DNA from: an uncultured Pseudomonadota bacterium
GTDB lineage: Bacteria > UBA10199 > CAZHVX01
Length of the DNA: 42,669 bases
Assembly: GCA_964536295.1 (NCBI GenBank)
Contig: CAZHVX010000002.1
Span: forward strand, 1 to 42,669
Reading direction: 5' to 3'
Positions 27,992 through 36,203 of the stretch are shown piece after piece (within the stretch, counting starts at the first letter, position 1; the number at the start of each line of letters is the position of its first letter). Below the pieces are notes generated by a model that was given only the letters and a program-made list of their open reading frames with translations, was not told the origin of the DNA and ran no database searches. A program made the translations under genes and the position numbers.

Positions 27992-28297
27992 ATGTCAGAC
28001 AACACCAATAACATAGGCCCGCTATTAACAGAGATCAGAAATACATTTCACAAAGTTTTAACGCTAGAGCAACCACCTATTGTAAAATTGGCGGCAATTT
28101 CATGTTTGAACCTAATTTCAATTATGGAAAAGAAGTTTGGCAATAATGAAATTAAGGATCTTGTAAAGATGTTTAATGTGCTTCGTGGGACGTTTACATC
28201 CATACCGGAGGAAAAATATAAGAATATTCTGCCAAAAGAATTTAAGGTTATTTCGGAAAAAATCGAGTTATTACATGAGATCCTAAAGAGTTTGTAG
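27992..28297 (+). CDS. Hypothetical protein
   Basis: 101-aa amphipathic helical ORF filling the gap; overlaps the S8 stop by 15 nt; no clear RBS. Confidence 0.55.
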   Translation: MSDNTNNIGPLLTEIRNTFHKVLTLEQPPIVKLAAISCLNLISIMEKKFGNNEIKDLVKMFNVLRGTFTSIPEEKYKNILPKEFKVISEKIELLHEILKSL

Positions 28298-30322
28298 TTT
28301 CCTTCTGAAGACAAGCCCTGTCATCGTAAATATAAACAATACAATCATTGACATGCTCGCTGTTTGATCACCAGATCCCGCAAGAGAACATCCGGCTTCT
28401 ATGGTGCTAGCCGGCACAGCAGACTCGCCAAAACTGATATCATCAGGGGATGCATATGCAACATCAAAATTATTCATAATTGCCGCCACATCAATCTTAC
28501 CATAACCCCATATGTCATTTGGAGTTGAACCAACATATTCATCAACGATAGCAGTTGAATCAATCAATTGTCTGACCTGTTTATATGTAAGGCTTGGATC
28601 ACGTTCTAGTATCAGGGCCACAACACCGGCAACCACAGGAGATGCCATCGATGTTCCACCCCAGCGAAGATGCTCGCCATCTTCCATAATGGAACTTTTT
28701 TGTGACTCGTAAAATTCCTTAATCATATCTTTTGATAACGCAGAAACTATCACCTCGCCTGGCGCTGTAATTTCGGGTACCGGGCCCGTATATTCCGGAT
28801 CCATTGAAGGGCCCCAACTACTATAGGGCGCTATTTCGCCTATTAGATAATCCGCTAGACGGAAGCTGTCTGTAACATATGCGCCAACACTAATAACGCC
28901 AATAGCTGTAGCGGGTGCGCCAACGGTTGAATATCCATCACCGGCGATGTACATCCAATCACTTTGCTCGCCCTCTTTTGCCGTGAAAAATCCTTGACCG
29001 CCACCAAGCCATGCGTGAGCCTCTCCAGAACCGGAAACAAGCAACTCAAAGATCGCCGCATTTTTTCCATCAACGGACAGGACATCAGCTTGTCCCATAA
29101 TGGTTATGATTGTATGGGCATAGCCGCTGTTATTTCCATCAACATCCTGAGAATTAATAATAACGGCCAGTCTACCATCAAGTATTGACTCGGTTGCAAC
29201 CTCACCCTTCGCAACCCAAGGAAGTTGAATATAACTATCCGGTCTTTTTACACCAAGTGTAAAAATCATATTGCTTCCTGGTTCCTGCCATACATCGATT
29301 TGTGATCTAACCGATTGCGGATCCAAGATCGCCATCTCAACCGCAACGGGGCTACCATTATTAGCCTGTATATTTACATGTTGCCCCGTTAGATAATCGT
29401 CGTTCTTTCTGTCCGCGCCATTCCCAGCAGCTGCAACAATCACCCTTCCAAGATCTTCTTCAACAAGCTCTGTTAAGGCCTCTTCGGCAAGACTTCTGCC
29501 ATCATTCCGGCTGCCTCTAGCGGCAAAACTTAAATTCACAACAGCAGGCATTCCAAGCTCTTTTGCCTTTTTGAAAATATAATGAACCGCATCCACCACA
29601 TCGGAACTTTGCATCTCACCTTTTTCAGAGATAAGAGCATTATCCCCATTAGTGGAATCATGGTTTTTTACAATGATAAGCTTTGCATCCGGAGCAATAC
29701 CCTGATACTCGTCGTCGCCACCGGCAGCAATGCCAGCAACGTGGGTTCCGTGCCCACGTCTGTCAATGGATGGACATCTTCCATTTGTTAGATCTTCTTG
29801 TTGGCATTCAATACCGTAACTGCTTTCGACCTCTGATGGTGCACTGAAACCTGAGGCTGGTTTATGTGTTTGATCCCAGAGATATAGAATCCTGGTCTTT
29901 CCACTTGCATCAAAGAAATCCGAATGGGTGTAATCAATGCCTGTATCTACAATACCAACAATGACACCCTTTCCCGTATAAACACTTTCAAACTTTTGAT
30001 GTTGGTATTCATAATCCGCGTGAATCTCTTCAGCGGCCTTAGCTACAGTTACCTCAACCAATTGAGATGTCTCAAAGGAAACAACGCCCTTCATCTTGGA
30101 TATCTGATCAACTAATTGAATTGGAATTTTCGCAGTAATTATATTGCCGATAGTAGAATGAACACTTCCATTCATCTTTGATATCTGTTCCTTGACCTCA
30201 ACAAGGTTGTTGCACTTGATAAAAACAGATATAGAACCATCCGATGCTATTGCCCTTGAAGCCCCAAAAGTAAGTAAAAACAATGTCAGCAATATCAGTA
30301 TGTTGCGTTTTTTTGATGAAAT
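28283..30322 (-). CDS. Exported S8 (subtilisin-like) serine peptidase with MYXO-CTERM-like C-terminal anchor
   Basis: VDTG, HGTHVAG, AAAGN, GTSMASP triad motifs; tail GCSL...TM...RRK; start uncertain (TTG 30292, ATT 30322, or ATG 30336 with a frameshift). Confidence 0.9.
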   Translation of the reverse strand: MSSKKRNILILLTLFLLTFGASRAIASDGSISVFIKCNNLVEVKEQISKMNGSVHSTIGNIITAKIPIQLVDQISKMKGVVSFETSQLVEVTVAKAAEEIHADYEYQHQKFESVYTGKGVIVGIVDTGIDYTHSDFFDASGKTRILYLWDQTHKPASGFSAPSEVESSYGIECQQEDLTNGRCPSIDRRGHGTHVAGIAAGGDDEYQGIAPDAKLIIVKNHDSTNGDNALISEKGEMQSSDVVDAVHYIFKKAKELGMPAVVNLSFAARGSRNDGRSLAEEALTELVEEDLGRVIVAAAGNGADRKNDDYLTGQHVNIQANNGSPVAVEMAILDPQSVRSQIDVWQEPGSNMIFTLGVKRPDSYIQLPWVAKGEVATESILDGRLAVIINSQDVDGNNSGYAHTIITIMGQADVLSVDGKNAAIFELLVSGSGEAHAWLGGGQGFFTAKEGEQSDWMYIAGDGYSTVGAPATAIGVISVGAYVTDSFRLADYLIGEIAPYSSWGPSMDPEYTGPVPEITAPGEVIVSALSKDMIKEFYESQKSSIMEDGEHLRWGGTSMASPVVAGVVALILERDPSLTYKQVRQLIDSTAIVDEYVGSTPNDIWGYGKIDVAAIMNNFDVAYASPDDISFGESAVPASTIEAGCSLAGSGDQTASMSMIVLFIFTMTGLVFRRKLQTL

Positions 30323-30350
30323 AATCGCCTCCCCATTTCCTCTTAAGTAA

Positions 30351-30377
30351 TTATCGGCAGGAAATGGGAAATGTTGC
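30351..30377 (-). promoter_or_regulatory. Sigma28/FliA-like promoter GCAA-N15-GCCGATAA
   Basis: Exact consensus -10 GCCGATAA with canonical 15-nt spacing, just upstream of the S8 gene. Confidence 0.65.
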
Positions 30378-30443
30378 GGACTTTCTGGGCTTATTTGAAA
30401 GAAATTTTACCAGCAATATCAGTAGGTTATATATAGGACGCGC

Positions 30444-30484
30444 AAACCTTCCTAAAAAAGGGGACCCCTTTTTTAGGAAGGTTT
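30444..30484. terminator. Perfect 41-bp palindrome (20-bp arms) directly after the 30488 gene; terminator or REP
   Basis: AAACCTTCCTAAAAAAGGGG-A-CCCCTTTTTTAGGAAGGTTT. Confidence 0.55.
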
Positions 30485-30487
30485 CAA

Positions 30488-31348
30488 TTATCTATACGAG
30501 GGTTTATGTAGCGAAAGGTTGTTATTCTTAAGGGAGGTGACCACCACCTTGTGACGCTGTCTATCAACGGCTATAGCATGCGGCTCTGCAATATCTTCAT
30601 AGCACGTATTAACAATATGTCTGTTGGTAATACAATAAACTTTATTCCTTGAGGGGCTTGGAACATAAATCGTTCCAAAGATATCGTAATCAATATCGCT
30701 AAGCTTCCCCAACGACATCGTCAACCGTCTTCTAACCTTACCCTTTTGATCGATGGATAAAATCGTCCCCGTATGCCATGTTGTAATTAAAAGTTCGGAA
30801 CGACCTGGAAACCATACAAGCCCCGCAGGACTTCCCAGTTTTTCACCTTGCGCCAGAATTTCTACATGATTATTTTTTTGGGAATCAATCTGAAAAATAA
30901 TATTTTTTGAAATATCACTAACATAGATTTTCTTCTGGGGATCGACCGTCATTCCATATAAAAGCCTCGCACCATTTGGACGCAGATCAATATGAAATTT
31001 GTATTTTCCAGTATATTTATTAAATGCCTTTATCGTATCTATATCCGCAACGTAGAGGGTCGAATCTACAATCGCCATCCCCCTTGGTGCGTGAAGGGCA
31101 ATTTCACTTGTAACGCCATTTATAAAGCGTGAGATTTTGACATTACCGTCATTATCCAAAAGGCTGATATATCCATTGGCATCCTTTTCGGCAGAGGCAC
31201 CATTAACATTGGCAACATAGATATTCCCCGTCTCCTCATCCACGATGACGGCCTTGGGCTTGGTAAAAACATCCTTGGAGAGATCCTCTTTCCCCCAAAG
31301 TGAAAAGGAAACAAAAAAAATCACCAATATCATAAGAAATCTGTACAT
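30488..31348 (-). CDS. Exported beta-propeller protein (SMP-30/gluconolactonase/NHL-like)
   Basis: Signal peptide; IYVANVNG...KDANGYIS, LHAPRGM, LYVADI, IYVSD repeats; start uncertain. Confidence 0.8.
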   Translation of the reverse strand: MYRFLMILVIFFVSFSLWGKEDLSKDVFTKPKAVIVDEETGNIYVANVNGASAEKDANGYISLLDNDGNVKISRFINGVTSEIALHAPRGMAIVDSTLYVADIDTIKAFNKYTGKYKFHIDLRPNGARLLYGMTVDPQKKIYVSDISKNIIFQIDSQKNNHVEILAQGEKLGSPAGLVWFPGRSELLITTWHTGTILSIDQKGKVRRRLTMSLGKLSDIDYDIFGTIYVPSPSRNKVYCITNRHIVNTCYEDIAEPHAIAVDRQRHKVVVTSLKNNNLSLHKPSYR

Positions 31349-31439
31349 GGGCCGCTTTATTAGTGCGTTTAACCCCACAGGTCAAGGCCTATTATATACC
31401 CCCTTGACCTATAACTATTTATATGGTTTGATATGCAAT

Positions 31440-32780
31440 ATGAAAAAGACACCTTATCTATTACCCGTTGAGGAGTCCCCAAAACCATCAAATGCCTTCG
31501 CAAAAATAGCAAACTACCAAAACGCATTTCTACTTGAGTCACTACCTCCGTTAAAAAATTCCAGTAGATATACATTTTTGGGGTACAATGCTATCAAGAC
31601 ATTTTCAAGCCACGGTGGATACGTCACCGTAGATGGACATACATTTATCGACAAACCATCCGATGCCCTGAAAAAATTTATTGACTCAGCGCGGGGGCTA
31701 CCCGTTGATAACTACTTACCATTCTATGGCGGGCTCGTTGGTTTTTTGAGTTTCGATTGGGGCCTTGAATTTAGAAATCTGCAAAACAGATCACACAACG
31801 ATCTCGGAATCCCCGACTGCTTCCTTTCTATCTACGATACCGTTTATGTTTACGATCATCTGGAGGAATTTGGATGGGTTGTCTCCCTTGGATTAAATCC
31901 TGATCTATCCTCAGATTCCGCATTGGCAAAAAGACGCGCCTATAGTTTCTTAGATGAAATAAAGGAAGAGAAGGCGACACTGGAGATATCGCCAACGGCT
32001 TTTTATGATATATTATCGGATCACAATGAAAACGATTTAACAAGGTTTGAAAACTGGATCAGAAAAGATGATATAAAAACAGTTCAGGATACTGAGCATT
32101 TTCACTCATCGACAAAACTAACACCATTCGAAACGTATCTAACGCTAAAAAAACATTACGATATCCCATATGCAAGCTTCATCAATAGCGGCGATCATCA
32201 GATTATTTCTTTTTCTCCAGAGATAACACTACGTGGTCAGGAAAATTTAATTAAGATTTCAAGTGCAAAAGGCATCTTCAAACAAAAAACGGATCCGAAA
32301 GAAAAAAACAAACAGCTTGCAGAATTAATGAGCACCTTTGCAGGAAAAAACAACTCTCTAATCAGCAAGCTTGAAAGGATAGAGGCAAATAAATTCTGCC
32401 AAGCCAGTTCGGTCAAGGTCTCTGATTCACCCAAAATTCAGAGCCATGATGATCACTTTATAATTACCAACGAAACAGAGGGAAAAAAGAGAAAAGATTT
32501 TGATCTGGTGGACTTTTTGGGCCATTTTATGACCATTTCAACTCAGGCAAATTCTTTAAATCAAAACTCAGGTGACACCAAGCACAATCTCCAGGGCGGT
32601 TCATTGGGATATATCAGCGCCAATGGAAACTTCTGTTTTGCTATTGCGCAACAGCCGATCATCATCAAAGAGAATGTTGCCCATTTTTACACGCATGGCA
32701 AACTTGATCACAAAACCACCCTAGATCAGATAAAAAGCAAGATCCAACCCATCAATCCTTTAACAGTAAGTAATCTATGA
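31440..32780 (+). CDS. PabB/TrpE (chorismate-binding MST family)-like protein with degenerate catalytic domain
   Basis: FLLES, SRYTFLG, PFYGGLVGFLSFD, PYASF and SPE retained; DLxRND, GAPK, IRT and GxG motifs lost. Confidence 0.78.
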   Translation: MKKTPYLLPVEESPKPSNAFAKIANYQNAFLLESLPPLKNSSRYTFLGYNAIKTFSSHGGYVTVDGHTFIDKPSDALKKFIDSARGLPVDNYLPFYGGLVGFLSFDWGLEFRNLQNRSHNDLGIPDCFLSIYDTVYVYDHLEEFGWVVSLGLNPDLSSDSALAKRRAYSFLDEIKEEKATLEISPTAFYDILSDHNENDLTRFENWIRKDDIKTVQDTEHFHSSTKLTPFETYLTLKKHYDIPYASFINSGDHQIISFSPEITLRGQENLIKISSAKGIFKQKTDPKEKNKQLAELMSTFAGKNNSLISKLERIEANKFCQASSVKVSDSPKIQSHDDHFIITNETEGKKRKDFDLVDFLGHFMTISTQANSLNQNSGDTKHNLQGGSLGYISANGNFCFAIAQQPIIIKENVAHFYTHGKLDHKTTLDQIKSKIQPINPLTVSNL

Positions 32781-32784
32781 AAAA

Positions 32785-33543
32785 TTATTTTTCTGTCTTG
32801 GATATTTTTTGGACAAGGTAGGCCTTTGCCTGGTCGATTGCATCCAACAACGTTTCACCCTTTGCAAGATAAGCCGTTATCGCTGCCGAAAGGATACAGC
32901 CCATACCGTGAGTTAATTTCAAAACATATCTTGGGGAACGGAATACATGATGTTCTTCACCATCAAAGAGGATATCAACAGCATCACCCTTCAGACTTCC
33001 GCCCTTAACCAAGACCCCCCTAAGGGGAGCAACGCCCCCAGCAAGCTTTCTGGTATTTTCAAATATCTCCTTGGCCGCGGTCTTCATTGTTTCTACATTA
33101 AAAACTCTCATACCTGCAAGAGTCGAGGCCTCATCAAGATTTGGAGTAATCAACGTTGCTTTTATTAAAACCTTCGACTTTAAGATAGGTATAGCATGAT
33201 TCTCCAACAGCTCTGCTCCACCTGATGAATGGAGTATCGGATCAATCACAATCCAATCAAATGTCTTTTTTGCAAGAAACCAGGCAACAACCCTAACGTT
33301 TTCGGCTGTACCCAACATTCCGATCTTTAAAGCCGCTATTTTATGATTTGCAACAATGGTGGAAATTTTTTGACTTAATAGATCAGCAGGAACCGGACGT
33401 CTCAAAGGAGATTCAACTGCAATTATCGATAATCCCTCAACGCCAATCTCATTAAAGGTCTTGATATCGCCTTGAACTCCAACATTTCCTGATGGATCAT
33501 CGCCGGCAATTGTCAAAACCGTTATCTTCGCAGAATCGCTCAA
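32785..33543 (-). CDS. thiD: ThiD/PdxK-like kinase (ribokinase family), divergent
   Basis: TIAGDDPSG, KIGML, IDP, ITPNLDEA, VLVKGG, THGMGC. Confidence 0.75.
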   Translation of the reverse strand: MSDSAKITVLTIAGDDPSGNVGVQGDIKTFNEIGVEGLSIIAVESPLRRPVPADLLSQKISTIVANHKIAALKIGMLGTAENVRVVAWFLAKKTFDWIVIDPILHSSGGAELLENHAIPILKSKVLIKATLITPNLDEASTLAGMRVFNVETMKTAAKEIFENTRKLAGGVAPLRGVLVKGGSLKGDAVDILFDGEEHHVFRSPRYVLKLTHGMGCILSAAITAYLAKGETLLDAIDQAKAYLVQKISKTEK

Positions 33544-33555
33544 TCAATCCCCCAA

Positions 33556-33612
33556 TAGAACTTAGTATCTAGATCTTAGTACTTAGGAATGCTAAGCACT
33601 AAGTTCTAAGTT
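33556..33612. repeat. 7-nt periodic inverted repeat (CTTAG/CTAAG units) overlapping the 33592 stop codon
   Basis: tagaact-tagtatc-tagatct-tagtact-tag facing ctaagca-ctaagtt-ctaagtt. Confidence 0.75.
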
Positions 33613-34629
33613 CTTAATTTTCTTATGCAACGTATTTCTATTGATCCCTAAAACCTCAGCCGCCTTTAATTTGTTTCCCCCTGTTTTTTGAAGAACGAGT
33701 TCTATTAATGGTTTTTCAACGCGTTTGATTATTAAATCATACAAACCTTCTACATCATAATTTTTCAATCTTCTTAGAAAAACCTCAAGTTTTCTGCGAG
33801 TTAATTCCTCAAAGGCCAATCTATCAAGTTGCCTTTCATTAAAAACGGCTACATTGTGACGACTTGGAACTGCAAGGTCTTCTTCTTGAATCTCACCACT
33901 TCCAACACCAAGAACCGTTTGCCACATAACACGTTTCAACTCGACAATATTGCCTGGCCAGTTATGCTGTTTCAAAAATTTCACAGCCCCCCTGCCCAAT
34001 GTTGGGGCTTCAATCCGCAGCTCTGATGAAATATTTTCGATGAAATATTTCGCCAATGGCAAAACATCTTCTCTTCGCTTTGACAACGCAGGAATTTTTA
34101 CTACATTTCCCAATTTCAACCCAACCTCATCACTTAGGTATTTAAATTCAAGTGGGGTAACCGTTGCAAGGAGCCTGAAATGGTTATTAGCTAGATCCTC
34201 TTTCAATAGAATTGGAAAAAAGCCTTTCGGCAGCTTATCTATCGCCTTGATGAGCAACGTGCTTCCATAGGCGTCTTTTCTAATCTTTGCAAAGGACTTA
34301 TCAGATAGGCCCCCTGCATAATTGTTCATATTTAAAATCGTAATTGGATAGGCAAATCTTCCGCTTCTATGATGAACTATCTTGGCTGCATATGATCTAC
34401 CAGATCCAACTTGTCCCACAAATAGTATTGGACAATCCAGCGGTGCCAGCGATGCAATCTGCTTTTTTAAATCCTTAATAATTTTCGACGTGCCTATTAG
34501 TGGATTTTCATCCTCGTAGTATTTTTTCAATGAGTTAGTAAGCTTTGTGACTTCCAACGAAAGATCATCGCCTGATGATTCCCTTTGAATTGGATCTTCA
34601 ACCAAAAATGTAACTTTTTTAGCTTCCAT
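33592..34629 (-). CDS. Degenerate NtrC-like AAA+ protein with Fis-type HTH
   Basis: IPALSKRREDV, WPGNIVEL, VEKPLI..TGGNKLKAAEVLGINRNTL; Walker A/B altered and no GAFTGA. Confidence 0.85.
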   Translation of the reverse strand: MEAKKVTFLVEDPIQRESSGDDLSLEVTKLTNSLKKYYEDENPLIGTSKIIKDLKKQIASLAPLDCPILFVGQVGSGRSYAAKIVHHRSGRFAYPITILNMNNYAGGLSDKSFAKIRKDAYGSTLLIKAIDKLPKGFFPILLKEDLANNHFRLLATVTPLEFKYLSDEVGLKLGNVVKIPALSKRREDVLPLAKYFIENISSELRIEAPTLGRGAVKFLKQHNWPGNIVELKRVMWQTVLGVGSGEIQEEDLAVPSRHNVAVFNERQLDRLAFEELTRRKLEVFLRRLKNYDVEGLYDLIIKRVEKPLIELVLQKTGGNKLKAAEVLGINRNTLHKKIKNLELSA

Positions 34630-34756
34630 ATGTTCTCCGAACCTTCAAGGCATCGCTGCTTAAGCAACGATGCCTATTATTTAGGCAATATTATAAAACC
34701 AATTACAATACAAGAAAAATGTGGAATTTTATTTTAATAGTGATAACAATGGGTTA

Positions 34757-36196
34757 ATGAATTGGAAGCTAATAGAGTACAATCGTAGAATATTGGGGTC
34801 AGAAGAAGGCTCAATTGTAAAGGATTGGGGTGGAAAAAGGTCTATAGTACTAGTTTATCCAAATACCTACGAAATTGGGATGTCCAATCTTGGGCTACAC
34901 AAGATCTACAAAATTCTAAATGACAATCCAAATATTGTTTGTGAACGAGCGTTTCTTCCCAATAAGAAAAATATCGATGAACATATAAGAACGAATAATT
35001 CCATCCTGTCAATTGAATCTCAGAGTTCTCTTGCTGATTTTGACATCATTGTTTTTACCGTGCCATTTGAAAATGATTACTTAAATATTCTAAAAATTCT
35101 GGAATTGTCAAAGATCCCCTTTAGATCTGAAGACAGAAACAAAAAACATCCAACGCTCATCACAGGTGGAGCTGCGATAACTATCAATCCAAATCCACTG
35201 AAGGATATATTTGACGCATTATTCATAGGTGAATTTGAAAAGGTTTCTGATGCCTTCATAAAAACATTAATATCCACAGAGGATCGCGCGTCCTTATTAA
35301 AACCTCTCTCAAAACTGGGCCATTTTTTCGTCCCCAGGCTTTCTGAACAAATTCCCTCTAAAGCAAATATAGACATCTCAGAGAAAAACATCTCTCATAC
35401 GGTAATTTTTACAAAAAATACGGAATTTGGGGATATGCACCTTGTCGAGATTCAGCGTGGATGTCCTTGGAAGTGCAAGTTTTGCGTAACTGCCACATGC
35501 TATCATCCCCCCAGAAACTACGATTTTAAAGACGTCGCTATGGCAATTGATTTTGGCCTTGCTTTTAAAAAGCGCATTGGACTAATTGGCCCCGATGTTT
35601 TAGGTCACCCACAAATCGAAGAGATTGTAAAATACATTAAATCCAAGGGTGCTACATTTTCGCCAGCCTCAATTCGAACAGAAAGATTGCTGCAAAAGCC
35701 CCAGCTCGTCCCCCTTGCGGTTGAGGGAAGCAATAAAACATTAACCCTTGCACCTGAAGCGGGGTCGGAACGTTTGAGATTTTTTATCAACAAAAAAACA
35801 AAGGACAATGATTTCGTTGAGGCCGCAACAATGTTAATCAATGAAGGAACCAACCAACTTAAACTTTATTTTATGATAGGATTGCCTAGTGAAGTAATGG
35901 ATGACATTTTATCAATCCCTGAATTAGTGTCAAAAATTAGGAATTCTATTAAGAAAAAGTTTCGACTTATCATTAAAATCAACCCCTTTATTCCAAAGCC
36001 GGGGACTCCATTTGAAAAATCTAAAATGATCAATGAAAAAGATTTTAAAAACACCTCTAAAATTCTTCGCAAGGAAATTAATAAGATTAGTAATGTGAAA
36101 CTTGAAATAGAAACATATGCTAATGCGCGCCTAGAGTACAATCTATGCAACGCGCTCGTCGATATATCAATTTTATATACAAATTCAACATGTTAA
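34757..36196 (+). CDS. Radical SAM protein (B12-binding-domain-like, TIGR03960-related)
   Basis: YPNTYEIGMSNLG, CERAF, VEIQRGCPWKCKFC, TLAPEAG, LKLYFMIGLP, PFIPKPGTPF. Confidence 0.88.
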   Translation: MNWKLIEYNRRILGSEEGSIVKDWGGKRSIVLVYPNTYEIGMSNLGLHKIYKILNDNPNIVCERAFLPNKKNIDEHIRTNNSILSIESQSSLADFDIIVFTVPFENDYLNILKILELSKIPFRSEDRNKKHPTLITGGAAITINPNPLKDIFDALFIGEFEKVSDAFIKTLISTEDRASLLKPLSKLGHFFVPRLSEQIPSKANIDISEKNISHTVIFTKNTEFGDMHLVEIQRGCPWKCKFCVTATCYHPPRNYDFKDVAMAIDFGLAFKKRIGLIGPDVLGHPQIEEIVKYIKSKGATFSPASIRTERLLQKPQLVPLAVEGSNKTLTLAPEAGSERLRFFINKKTKDNDFVEAATMLINEGTNQLKLYFMIGLPSEVMDDILSIPELVSKIRNSIKKKFRLIIKINPFIPKPGTPFEKSKMINEKDFKNTSKILRKEINKISNVKLEIETYANARLEYNLCNALVDISILYTNSTC

Positions 36197-36203
36197 TTGA
36201 CGA

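Noticed and set aside
34648-34675. Hairpin AGGCATCG...CGATGCCT upstream of the NtrC-like gene as a riboswitch or ncRNA
   Set aside because: Single short hairpin with no recognisable family features
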